This document shows, one piece after another, positions 49,366-61,378 of a stretch of DNA of 64,000 nt. The DNA is from Eutreptiella sp. 'Long Island Sound 2002' (taxonomy: Eukaryota > Protista > Euglenida). Within the stretch, counting starts at the first letter, position 1. Each line of letters opens with the position of its first letter. The notes beneath the pieces are model-generated. The model was not told where the DNA came from, searched no databases, and was given only the letters and a program-made list of their open reading frames with translations. The DNA is taken from assembly GCA_964036045.1 (NCBI GenBank), contig OZ038378.1, positions 108,438,001 through 108,502,000 on the forward strand, in the 5' to 3' direction. A program made the translations under genes and the position numbers.

Positions 49366-50129
49366 GTCCGCGCTGTGTGTGCAGGGTCATGCAGGGCCTT
49401 CAAGGCTCGCAAGTGCTCGCCCGGGGCTCGCTGGGATTGTTGTCTCGCAGTTCCCTTCGGGGACTGCAGTGGTGTCGTGGGCCGCAAACGTGATTGTAAA
49501 TTCGAAAAAATTTCCTACTACATACAACACACGCTCGTATACTGGTGGCGCGCTCCTCGAAGGAGGTGGGATGACTATTCAAATTGTGGCTTGCAGCGTT
49601 GAGGAAAACAAAGTTGGAGTTGAGCATTAGCGCTGTCGAGTACGAACAGGGATGCCATTAAATACGTTGACTAAATGAGCAGTGCGTATTGTCGACGCAC
49701 ATCTTGGAGATCCGCATGTACGCTGTTTCGAGCAATTTACTTTCATACCGTAAGTTTTTATGTTCTTTGTTTTGTGCAATTACTTTTTCGCAGTTGGTTG
49801 CCTTTTTTTCCGAGGTGACTGTGGCCACGGAGGCACAATTGCTGCGCGGTTGAGAGTGCCTGATGCAACATCACCTGAATTGGGTACAGGACACAGCAAC
49901 ATTTTTTTTCTTTGCTTTGTCTGCGCCCTGGTGTGAACTGCATGCTGTTTTGTGGTAAACTGCAGAGGTTTTGGAAACAGTGCAGGATTCTTTTACTTGC
50001 AGTGTTTGTCGAAACGTTTTGTGGTTGAAACCAACAGCAGGGGTTCTATGTGAAAGCAACTACAAACAGGGTACCTGTCTATGCGAATAAGGGTAGATGT
50101 TTGTGTGTGCACCCCTTGGTGGTCAAAGG

Positions 50130-50147
50130 TTCTGAGTGTCTATTTCG
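50130..50147 (+). other. Euglenid spliced-leader-like relic TTCTGAGTGTCTATTTCG
   Basis: 16 nt identical to the Euglena SL core as recalled (TTCTGAGTGTCTATTT), then CG with the pyrimidine run shortened. Confidence 0.65.
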
Positions 50148-50303
50148 TAGGCCAGAATCCACCCATGTTTAATAAGTTGGCAGCAGCACACTGTTTTTAC
50201 TGTGCAACCCCTTAGGAAGGGGGTAGCAAAAGCCTCAACCCCATTTGTATTTTTTTCGGCTTTGTCAACACCTCTCTCTTTTTTGAGAGATGTGTTGAGA
50301 CCT

Positions 50304-50313
50304 AGGAAGGGGG
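50304..50313 (+). other. Polypurine tract of the small LTR element
   Basis: AGGAAGGGGG abutting TGTAAT. Confidence 0.9.
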
Positions 50314-50757
50314 TGTAATGGGGCAGAGCATTTTGCTACTGTTCATCTATCCTTGTATTGTTTTGGCAGGATCAGGCACCGCGATGCGCGTGCCGCAGAA
50401 ATCGCGCATTGCGCAGATTACATAATAGCTTTTGGCAGTCAAAGATTTTCTTTTCTTTTTAATTTATTTAATGTTAAACGATCACTGCATGCTATTGTTT
50501 ATTCTGTATGCGTAAATGCATGATCTGTTCATCTACCTTTGTTTAGGTAATGAACAGAGTATTAGCTGAACCAGCTAGTGCTGGTCTTTGAATGAGATCG
50601 CAACAATGAACTGAGTTCAATAACATCTGGGAGTTCTTCTTCTGCGTGCTGTTCTGTGGTTTCCGACGTGAAAGGTTTGGTGCTAGTGAGTATGAGTTCT
50701 GAAATGGCATGAACAGAGTATTGTGAAGCACCGTGAAATAAGGACACTCCTATTACA
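50314..50757 (+). repeat. 3' LTR, 444 bp
   Basis: Direct repeat of 47276-47719, followed by TSD GTCAA. Confidence 0.95.
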
Positions 50758-50762
50758 GTCAA

Positions 50763-50974
50763 TTCACCCTCTCCAACACTTATTGACTCCTTCCGCAACC
50801 GTCACCTTTCCAAACGTCAATTGTCCCGGTTCCCCTCGTCTCTACATTCTAATCAAACTTGAATCCACTTAATACTTACCGTTGTGCCACTTCCTGCTTG
50901 CCTCCCTATTCTGTCTGCGGAAATTGATGTTGTCAATAACGTTTCCGACCATCACCAGGTCAGTGCCATATTCT
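50763..50974 (+). pseudogene. LINE-B APE endonuclease, C-terminal piece between two LTR insertions
   Basis: TLIDSFRNRH...VSDHHQVSAIF (SDH motif). Confidence 0.85.
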
Positions 50975-51419
50975 TGTAGGTTGCAGTGATTCAGAGCCGC
51001 TCAGCTAGGCTGCAGGCAGGTAAAATTGGCTGTGATGAATAGCATTCGCGGCAGAGCTCACGCCTCGGAACGTCCCTTGCAAATTTGTGTGTGATTAATA
51101 GACAACGCTTCAATTCAGTACGCTTTGTTGATCAACAATTGTAGCAGTCAGATTGTATAGATATTTCATCATGATCAGTATTGAAGGTCGGTTCACTGTC
51201 ACATTCCAGGGTCCTTTTTCACGGTGCAACAATGACAATGAATGGATATTCGTGGTCCTGATGTTGTGATCCTGCTTTGGACATCATTGAGGTCTGTGAT
51301 TTTGTAGTTGGCATGATTCCGGTCTCAAAACAAGGTTCCTCATTTCAAGGAGTAAAACTACAAGTGGGCTTTGCACGATTGGATCGACAAACAATCCATG
51401 GCTTCACAAATGTCTAGCA
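50975..51419 (+). repeat. G3 5' LTR
   Basis: TGTAGG...CTAGCA; colinear with 61379-61823, roughly 85-90% identity by eye. Confidence 0.9.
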
Positions 51420-51432
51420 TGGTAGCGGTTTG
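51420..51432 (+). other. G3 PBS (TGGTAGCGG..., initiator tRNA-Met-like)
   Basis: TGG immediately after the LTR-terminal CA. Confidence 0.75.
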
Positions 51433-51832
51433 TGGTCAACAACAAGCCATTGCTTATCAAGTGCCGGCCTTTGCGTGTGGCTCTTTTACGTCTCTTGCGT
51501 CCAATGAGAACATTGGAGGCAAGAGAGGTCTTTGGCGTATGGATGTTGATTTTGAACCTTGCAAGGTTCGGGTTGAAGGATAACGTTGGTTTGCCTCTCA
51601 AGGCAATCCTAATGAGTGGCTCCCGTTCATAAGTGAACCTATCACTTATATGGAGTCCATTGTTGATGAGTTTGGACGCTAAAATGAAGTAAACTACAAA
51701 CACTTTGATTTGCACTCTCAAAACCTTGAAGGAGTGGCTTGCGCCTTGCATGTTGCATCGAAAAACGATAAATGTCTACATTCGGAGATTGCTAATTTCG
51801 TGGTGCAATCGCTGATTGGGACAAGCGATTGA

Positions 51833-54354
51833 TTGAATTTCTTAATCAATTCACAAAGGATGTCCAACAAATTGGCGCGGAAAATGCGAGTTTGGAAACT
51901 ACCATGGAACGTAATAAAGCACGTCGCGAGTTGGTCGCCAAGGGCGCTAAAATGTTTTGTGGGTGAAGGATTTCAAGTGCCGCCATCGCCTTTGAAGGAT
52001 ATACCTTTGTTGGATCGGGTTCCACAACGCATCAATCAATGGCAGGAGGATTTTCGGCGCTTGGATGTATCGCACTCACAAGCTACTGCCGCCACATCCA
52101 TGGTGGAGGAGGCGTGTAAGTCATGTGGCAAAGATGTTGCTAAGCGTTGGACTGGTATTGAGAAAATGGACATCACCTTTCGTGAGTTCGTTGAGAATGA
52201 AATTTTCAAGGTTCAAGATCATTATCAGGCAGAAATTTGGTTGATGAGTCATGAGCATTCGCAGAGGATTGCAAGTATGCAAGTGGCTCATCTTAGAGCC
52301 ATTGAGAAAGTGGAGACGGCTTGTCATGGGAAGATTGAGACTTGGGAAAAAAACGTTCAAGAGCAAATTAATCGCTTGACTCATTCAATGTCCACGCTTT
52401 CGAATTCTCCTTCCCATGCCTTGTCAACCATCACTTCTGAATTTTGTTGCTCGCAATGTTCATGCGTTGTAGAATTTCGTAAAGCCGAATCCAATATTGA
52501 AACTCGACTCACCGGCATTGAGTTGGTCAATGCAACTATAGGTTAGCCAATGAGAATGTCACTAAACCTCTTTGCTCTTTACTCCAGGAGCGTGCAAATG
52601 CGAGTTAATCCAACGAACAACATCCAGGGATCATGAATTTATGACAAGAATTGGGGCCGTCGGATTCACACCGGGAGGTAATGGGCAATGTGGGGATGAT
52701 TGCCCATTGTCTTGATCATGTGTCACCGATACCAGAGAGGTGCGAATCAATTTGGAGGGTAGTATGGGCACTCACGAAGACAAATTTAGGCTGTTGCGCA
52801 CGTCTATTCACGAGTTACGTGATGAACTCGTGGGTCTGAGTCGTGAGCAGACTATTAAACATGAGCCCATTAACTCTGTGTTGCCTTCTTCCATTGCAGC
52901 GTTCACTCTCGACGTCTCCAATCTTCAACGGGAAGTGGCAGCGGTACGTCTCGCCATTGAGGGATGGGAACACGAAGGAGTGGATGAGGAAAAAGAATTC
53001 AGCGACGATGAATCATTTCAGGTATGCTCCTCCGGGCGCCCTGGAAGGCATGCCAATTGTACAAATAGATCGGTTGAATCCCTGTCCTCGGCTTTCTATG
53101 GACGGGGACAAGATAATGCCTCCAAGTGTTCCACCTCCGCCCCATGTGCAGCGAAAAAAAGTTTTCTTGGCGTTGTTTGTGATAATTTCCATTGGGTTGA
53201 TGGTGAACGATACACCTCCTCCATTTTTTCCCACCCACAGACACTTCATCATAATATCACACAAGGCAAGTTACCCACCTTGGATGTGCCGAAACTGTCG
53301 GTGAGTGGAATTTGCCGGGGTGTGAAGAGTGGTGAGCAAGGAATGTTCGGGACAATGTTTGGATGGCGAGTATGGTGAATTTGGTGGCGAGTATCAAGGA
53401 ATTATTTCGCGAGACAAAAATGTGTCCTTCGGAGGTGACATGATTTTTGAAATTTTCTTGTCGAAACAAAAAATCTGGGAGTGCCCGATGCAGGACCCGA
53501 AGGAATCCAGGGGAAGATCTGCCGCTTGTTTGGGCTCACGGGATCGTCCAGGCCCCATTTTGAAGCTTTGGACGACAACATCAGGAAAGAGGTCCGGAAA
53601 ATGTTAAAGTGTCCTAGATGGAAGGGAGACTAAAAGCAGTGGCTCGCCTTCGAGTTACTGTGGAGGCGGTCTCATGATCACTGGTCTAGGAGATGTGGAG
53701 CCGACCTCATGGCAAAAATTCGGATTACTACACGCACGGAGGCAGAACGGGCACTCTATACGGAGATTCACATGACGATGGGATGGACCTACCAACAAAT
53801 TTGGTTGGAATTGGCGGGGTCGCCGGGGCCTACAAAGCTGGCGTTCATTGCGGCGGGTATGAACAGCCTCCCAGCCTCCGCCTGGAAAATCGTGGGAGAA
53901 ATTTGGAACATGGGTGCTGAAATCGAGTTTTTTGCTCCCAAAAGCAATGGCGGTTGCGGCCGAGAGGGCAAAGGAATTTTTTGTGGACGCCTTGGTGCAA
54001 CACCGTGAATATGGTGAGGAGTTGAATGAGGTGTATAAATGGAAACAGATCCATGGACAGGAATTGACGGTGGCAGGAGTCCCTGAGATCCTGGTGTATG
54101 AGATTGGGTGGCGTGAAGACCGCGATTCGGCCCAGCATGAAGACGCGGCCAAGGTCCAGAGAATGCACATCGGGGTGGGGTCCGGTAAGTCCAATGAAAG
54201 GGCCGCGGTAAAGGCCGCCCTTGCATACGTGGTCAGGATGGCCGCGATCAGAAACAAGGTGGCCGTGGACGAGGTGGAAAGGACGGGCAAGGACAGAGTG
54301 GACAGAGACAGGGTAAAGGCCAGGAATAACATTGCACAAAGACGGGCTCACTGA
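51833..54354 (+). pseudogene. gag: G3 gag-region frames (coiled-coil-like N-terminal part, capsid-like remainder)
   Basis: Frames 51833-52546, 52740-53378 and 53709-54354 between PBS and protease; assignment is by position. Confidence 0.55.
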
Positions 54355-55089
54355 ATTTTGTTGGCAGAAAGGTGCAAAGGGCAAATGTAACTGTGGAAAG
54401 GGCCGCCCAACCCTGCAGCAAGCGGACGCTGAGACTGAGCGTCGTTTCAGGTAAAAGCTCTGTCTACACTGTGCCTCGCCTGATCATTGGGCCAGGCATT
54501 GTCCCCAGAACAGTCCCAGCAAGCAGCAGGGTAAAGGGCGTGGCCGGGGAAAGGGCCAGCACCGCCAAGTGGGTGCTGAGGCGTCACGGGAGCCGCCTGG
54601 CGACCAGGACGCGGGGAAGAGCCAGAAGGGCAGGGGGACTGATGAGCAGGGCAACCCAGCAAAATTGCCTGGGCAACCAGGACCCTCAGGCGCTTCGGCT
54701 AAGCCAGCTGCTGGACGAGAGACTCAAGGCTGAAGCTGTCTGAGCTGAGCGAAAAAAAACGGAAACAGGAATGCCTGAGTAACACAACCACTGTGAACAC
54801 GGCCATTGCCCCACTGACCGCTGTCAACGATCAACAGACCCCGACCACCACTGTGGGGTGTGGCGTGCAGTCACAGCATGGCATCCTGAATTCGTCTCTG
54901 GGGGCCGCTGCTTCTGTAGATCAGCCCCCAGAGTCTCTTGTGTTGCCTATGCTTGAGGTCTGCATCCGGTCATGTGCACTGCGTCCTGCCACTGTACGAC
55001 GCTATTCACTGGCTTGTGGCATCACCAGAAAAAAAGTGTGCAGATTCAGGCGCAAGCCGGCACCGACTCAGGTTGATGGTGCCACGACG

Positions 55090-55440
55090 TTGGTTGTATC
55101 TGAAGTTGTTGAAGGGGTGCAGTACACAGTATTGATGGACTCCAGTGCCAAGGTGTTTGTTTTTTAAGAATAAAGAGTTGTCACTCGCTGCCCGCCCACT
55201 GCAGATCACAGTGGCAGATGGCAGTTGTATCGCTGGTGGTACACATGGTGCCACAGTGTCCGGAGTGGTGCCTGTCAAACATCACGGGCGCATGACTGAG
55301 ATTCTCTGTGAGGATGTGTTTGTTTACAAGGCTGATGTAGTCGAGCATGTCATCCTAGGGTATCCTTTTTGTAAGTCGTATGGACTGACGATTGATCCAG
55401 TCCGCGACTGTCTGATGGATATTTCTCCATCAGTTTCTAT
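55090..55440 (+). pseudogene. G3 aspartic protease
   Basis: VLMDSSA (decayed DSG), ITVADGS, VILGYPF. Confidence 0.8.
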
Positions 55441-56489
55441 TTTTTAGATGAGTCACGAAGCGCCTGAGTTGAGGGGTCCGCTTGGAGAGCCCAGGCAAGA
55501 CTCAGGGATCAGCGGGGACAGCCAGGCAGAAATAACAGTGGCCATGTGTCGACACTGTTCCGAACTTTATGTGTGGTCCGGGGAGGTGGGGAGTTGCTCC
55601 CAAAAACACCTGGTAACTCAGGGGTCTACGGCACCTGACAGGGATGAGCAGGGTTCGCTGTGCTGTGCCACTGAGGTTGCTGCAACCATTTTTATGTTCG
55701 TTGGCGCGTTTGACCCTACCTCACACGCACCTAGTCCCAGGCATCACAGTTGGCACATTTGCTTCTGTCACTGCTCCCTGTATTCCTTGTATTCCTTCCA
55801 CAGGATGCCCACGTCAGCATGAACGAGAACCTTTGGGTCTGGATCGCCAGGAAACGGGACATCCGGAGACAAGGACATCGTGCAAGAATTTTCGCAGGTT
55901 TTGTATGTGTGCAATTGACTGTTTGTGTGTTAGACAGTGCATGAGTGGGGGGTTGTGTCCACCTGCGGCCCTCGTGTTGAATGACGAGTCAGAGCATCCG
56001 CAACGCCCATGTATCATAGATGCCGGGTCTGACCCAAATTCTGAGGCATATGGCACAGATGAGCTCCAATCTGACATGGAGGACGTGCCTGATGCTCATT
56101 CTGTATATACAGCCTCGCACCCCGATTCTTTTGCGGGTGGTCTTGGGCTCCGTCCTGACTACAGGGGCCCAGCCAAAGCTTCGGAAGGGGGCGGCGCACA
56201 GACAACCACCAGCCCCATTTTCCTGTCTTCATTGTAAGTGTGAAGAGGATGAGGGGTGCGCCATGTGTTGACCGGGAGATATCCCCAGGAATGATTTGGC
56301 TGATGACGAACAGGGGGGGGGGGCACTGAAGATGACCCATATTGGATCCACACCAGTCACATCACGACAGGTGCGCGCCCAGTACTCAAAATTGTTTCGG
56401 AAAATGGCACTTCAGACCGCCGGTAAATGCCGTCAGGCCGTGCGCAGGAAGATGAGACGATCCACTAAATCTTTATACTCACAGGGCAA

Positions 56490-56880
56490 TCACATTCTTT
56501 CATCGTCAGTGCAAGACATGATTCTGAAATGGGCTGGGCTGAAGGGTGATCAGTTTGTTGATGTTCTTGCTTCCAACCAGCCCCACTTGTTTCCAGAGTA
56601 TTGGTATAAAGGGGAGAATGGGTTGTCCCATAATTGTTGTTTGTCGGACTCCAAAGGGCGACCAGAGCAAACATTTTTATGGTTGCATACACCGCACCAC
56701 TTGCTGCAAGACACAATAACCAAGGTTATGCTGGACCAGGGCAGAGGAATCCTGCTGGCACAGGTATGTAAGCAGTGTCCACCGCTTTGGACGTTGGGGG
56801 AAGTGGCACTGGATTGGTTGGACCTCGACCCAACAGTGCCCTTATATGGGAACATCGATGGGCAGATTCTGCAGCAATCT
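56490..56880 (+). pseudogene. DIRS/Dam-like N6-adenine methyltransferase-like domain between PR and RT of G3
   Basis: FVDVLASNQPHLFPEYW...FLWLHTPHHLLQDTITKVMLDQGRGILLA...LWTL resembles the DIRS MT pattern (VDLFAS...FPPF.LI..VL.K....A..ILV.P). Confidence 0.65.
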
Positions 56881-57238
56881 CCCGACTAGACGACCAGGTT
56901 TGTGCTGTCTGATGCGCAGGGTATGGATCTGCGTCAGCCCGCTGAGGGTAAGAAATGGGGGTGTACAGATGAGTCGGCCGCGGGGTAGACGGATGGCTGC
57001 CACCAGATTAGTTCTGCGTGTTGCGTCTGCCATTCCAGTCACCGCGTTTTGTCCCCGCCCTCATCCATGAGGGAAGCACGGGTGTGTGTGCTGCGGCACG
57101 AAACTCCTGCACATTCCCTGCTTTCGGAACGCAGTTTGCAAACTGTTTTTGAGGGCGATCGTATTGAACCCCTGTTGTGTGCCGTATCAGAAGATGTTGG
57201 AGATGAAATTTTGAACTGTTTTTGAGTTTGCAAAAAAT

Positions 57239-58830
57239 ATGCTGACGGAAGTGGACCATTCCAAGCGTGGTGAGGCTGGCATCGCGCGAATAAAATTGAA
57301 ACAACGAGCCGTTCCTCAGAGGGTCGGTCGTGATAGAACTGTGGGAGTCCGAGATGCCGCTTTTCGTGAAATGATTTTCACCTTCTTTGAGCGCGGCATG
57401 CTCGGAAAATCAGTTTTGAGTTGGGCAACCACGGCGTTTTGTGTGCCCAAGCCGTAGGGCAAATGTCGGTTAGTCATTACTCCTACCTCAATTCGCCAAT
57501 TGCGGATGAGGCTTTTCTGCTCCTGGTCATTGAAGACATTTTTTGGAGCAGTCCAAAAACGCCATTTGGTCCATCTTCGATTTGGAAGATGGGTTTCACC
57601 AAATGGTTTTGGAGCCTGAGTCCAGGCCCCTTACAGCGTTTGTGACGCCGTGGGGTCTTTTTCAATGGACAGTGCTCCCCATGTGGCTGAGAACGGCCCC
57701 ACAGGCCAATCAGACAATGGTCCAGCTCTGTTGGGAGGAAACGGGGCTGAAACCCTACATTGATGATGTGCTGAGGGGTACACCGAACACAGAGGATAAC
57801 CCAGATCTGGACGCTCCGGTGACTGATGGGTGTCTTGGTCAGCACTATGAAGATTTGTGCCAAATTTTAACATGTTTGCGGGATTGGCAGCTGTCTATTA
57901 GACCGTCCAAGGCGTTTCTGTCTTCGAGACGACTGTGTTTTTGTGGGCAGATTTTAGAGCGAGGAAGGAGATCGGCAGATCCTCAGAAGGTCGCTGCAGT
58001 CTCCAGGTGGGATTGGCAGGACATCTGGACCCCAACCCACCTGAAAGCATTTTTGGGGTTAGCGGAGTGGTATCCATTTTACATTGACAAATCTTCGGAC
58101 TACGCAGCGCCGCTGACGGATGCCCTCCGGGGTCTGGATTCGACGAGAAGGGGAGAATTCAAGTCTAGAGACCGGGCCCTGAGCACGTCCAGACGCAAAG
58201 CTGTTTTTCAGCAGTTTTTCAGTGTCACAGAAGCAGAAATACAAATATGTCGTTTAGAGAACAGGATTCACTGGAAGCCAGAGATGATCTGGCATTTTCA
58301 GCAACTGAAGGAAAAATTATTCAATCCCGTACAGCTGTACATTCCGGATCCTCAGACGCCAGTGACTTTGCGGTTGGGGGTGTGCTGGAGCAGCGCCGCT
58401 GCAAATGTCCTGAGCCTGACAATCCTACCCAGGGCTGCGGATGTCCCCTATTTCCTGTGGCATTTTTTTGGAGAAAGTTGCAGGGGGATAAGTTCCATGG
58501 CCAACGTGCCTGGCCAGGGAGGGACAAAGAAACTTGTGCCATTGATGCGACACTCCAAAACTTTCACGCATGGCTACAGCAGTCCAGACTTTTTTTGAAG
58601 TCGCCGTGGGTCGCAACGGATCACCGCAGCCTGGAGTACATGATGAAGGAGGACTTTGTCACGGTGTACGGTCCAGTAGGCAGACAGCGCCGCTGGCACC
58701 AGTTCCTGTCGCAGTTTTTTGTAGATGTAGTGTGTGTGCCCGGACAGAATCAGGAAAATCCTGACGGCCGCTCACGCTGGTCTTACCCGGCGTATTTGTA
58801 TAGTCCTGAAACTAACATACACGGTACCGA
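57239..58830 (+). pseudogene. pol: G3 RT and RNase H
   Basis: FDLEDGFHQM, FQWTVLPM, YIDDVL, FCGQIL; SDASDFAVGGVL, ATDHRSLE. Confidence 0.92.
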
Positions 58831-59436
58831 GGAGGACGCTGAGGGCGTAGCAGCTAATGAGAGGGAGCAACGAGCCCATGCAGATCAGCTCCTGGAGAGG
58901 GCTGAGGGTCATGGTGAGACACAATTTTCTACGCAATTTTGTGGCATGGCATTCCCCTTTGTCTGCATCAGGGGTGACGCCTTCAGATCAGAAAGTTGAT
59001 GTGTTCCAGGACGATGCTGAATTTTTTGCTGAGTTTGAGGACGTGTATGCTACGTATTGCAGTCAGGTCAGAACTTTGTGTTCTGTTGAAGGCCTGCCAC
59101 GTAAGGCACACCGAAAAGCACAACGCGTCACGATTTCGCAGGGACGCAGCCAGAAGTGGTCTGCCCTTGCCCTTGGGGCTGCACTGCAATGTGCGCCTGC
59201 TGCCTGTGTTGCAGACTGTGATTCTGATTAGCCATGGGCGATGGTCCGCGCGGGGGGAGCGGTTCCCCCTGAGGTTTCTATTTTGCATGACGACTGGACT
59301 GGTTTTTATGAGCAGGACCCTCATCTCATGAGAGTCCTGGCTTCTTTGCGGCAAGAGCAGGCGTCTCTTCGCGCGCCAGGTTCTGCGTTTTATACTCCTA
59401 GGCCTGATTGTTTACGTCTGCGCTAGCGGGGCAAAC

Positions 59437-60747
59437 ATGTGGTGCCACAGGTCATCAGTCAGAAGGTTGTTCAGGCCTGCCACACGTATGTCCATGTTGG
59501 AGTGGACAAGACCTTTTTGCTGTGTGATACAAAATTTAATTTCCCTGATACAGATTTGCGCAAGTTGGTCTGGCAGCTCTGCCGGGCATGTGAGGTGTGT
59601 CATCAGACTAAGCCCCAGACTGGGAAGCAACATGGGGAGCTCGCGTTTTACCCCGTCCCTGATGACCCTTTCACTAGTTTAGCCATCGTTTTCGTAAGTC
59701 TCCCAAAAACTGTCATTAATGGTGAGACTTGCGACTACCTGATGGTCGGCGTGTGCCGGTTAACAGGCTACATTTTGGCCATTCCAACCCAAGAATTGGG
59801 TCTGGATAGCCGGAAGTTAGCTGAAATCTTTCTAGAGAGAGTTGTATTTTTTATGGGGTTACCGAAGAAATTGTATTCGGACAATGCTTTGGTTCTGAGC
59901 AGCCAGTTTCCTTGAGCGGTATTGGACTACACAGTAGCGTTGTCTATAAATCAGCCACAAACCGCAGGGCAGAAATGGCGGTCAAGAGTGTGGTCATGTC
60001 GCTTAGGCATTTCTGACTCAGCGACCGCGCTCTTGGTATCATCCCCTCCCCCTAGCCTTGTGGGGGTTGAATAACCTGCCGGGTTTGTTTCCCCCCTACT
60101 CACCCCACAGGCTAGGTTTCGGGAGGGACCCCGTAGAGTTTGGGGAGGTACCCCCCACAGTGTCGGGAGATGGGGCGGGGGATGCGCAGCAATTTTTTTC
60201 GAGGCTTGTGACTGAGCGTCAACAGGTCAAAACTGCTTTGAAGCGCTTGCACGACAAGGAGTCGGGCGCATTGCGCAAAACGTTTAAGGTGCAACCTTTC
60301 AGAGGGGATGATCGTGTGTGGTTGCAAGATCGCCCAAAGTGGGATCAGCCTCACTACAACAAGTTGAAGCAAATATGGCAGGGCCCGTGTGAGGTAATAC
60401 GGTGGGAGGGGGGGGGTTGCTATGTGATTCAGGTGGGGGAAGCCAAAAGAGTAGTTGCCTCAGATCGTCTGGAATTTTACAGATCCATCTTGAAAAAGGT
60501 GACAGCCCCCTTTGTGTATCACAGTGATAGGCAGTTGCCGCCCAATGACGACACGCATATGGTCGAGGATGTCTTGGACCATGCGGTCAAAAGGCCCCGA
60601 GGTGCCTCGCCTTATCTTCAGTTGCATGTGGCTTGGAAGGATCATGAGGACAAGACGTGGGAGGACGCTCGGAAGTTCATTCGGTGGGGAAATGATAGGG
60701 TTGAATTTTATTGCACGCGCCATGGTCTGAAGAAATCGTTGAAGTAG
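59437..60747 (+). pseudogene. pol: G3 integrase plus chromodomain
   Basis: CHTYVHVG...CRACEVC; YSDNA; WQGPCEV; VEDVLDH...VAWKDHEDKTWED. Confidence 0.9.
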
Positions 60748-61368
60748 ACATGGTGATGTTTGGCATTCCATCTACCTCCCGATGCCTGATTGTTTTCCAC
60801 TGGGCATTCCCTCTCTGCCCCATAGGTCAGCCACTCAGCAGTTTTGTCCCGGTTGAGTCATTTACCAAGAAGAGCGGGGTAAGCGGTGTAGGACGACGAT
60901 TGTTGCATTGCAACGTGCCCGCAAAGAGGCTGCTCCGTCCCCAGATGACAGAGTCTTTTTTTTGCTGTACTTCTGCATGTTTGTGACTGTTTTGTTTTTT
61001 TTTGTTGTTGTTTCTTTCTGTACGTGCAGGTTCGTGTTGAGTCCCAGAGTCCAGAGCAGAGCCACCAGATCGTCCGGACCATGCCGTGGAGATGGTCAGC
61101 TTTAAGGGTGGGTGTCTGTACCTGGGCTTGCTCATCCGGTTTTATTTTTCAGTAGGCATTGTGTGACCCTGTTGGATGATCGGGCCTGTAATGGCCGCTG
61201 TCGGGAATTTGTTCTATCACTTCTGCTGCTAGGTCAGTTACAGGAACCGAGTCTTGCCAGGGCCCAGCTACATATGTTGATGTTTGCTGCCCCTTCTTCG
61301 TCCCGCTTAACTGCCGCTGTAGTTTCGGACTTCCGGGGTCAGACAACACACGAAGCGTGTGCTGTCCT

Positions 61369-61378
61369 GGGAGGGAGA
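61369..61378 (+). other. G3 polypurine tract
   Basis: GGGAGGGAGA abutting the 3' LTR TG. Confidence 0.8.

Larger units (their letters stand above)
47276..50757 (+). mobile_element. Non-autonomous LTR element (3482 bp) with 444-bp LTRs, self-complementary PBS and orphan ORF
   Basis: TSD GTCAA (47271-47275, 50758-50762); LTRs TGTAAT...ATTACA; PPT 50304-50313; no RT, RH or IN motifs inside. Confidence 0.92.
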
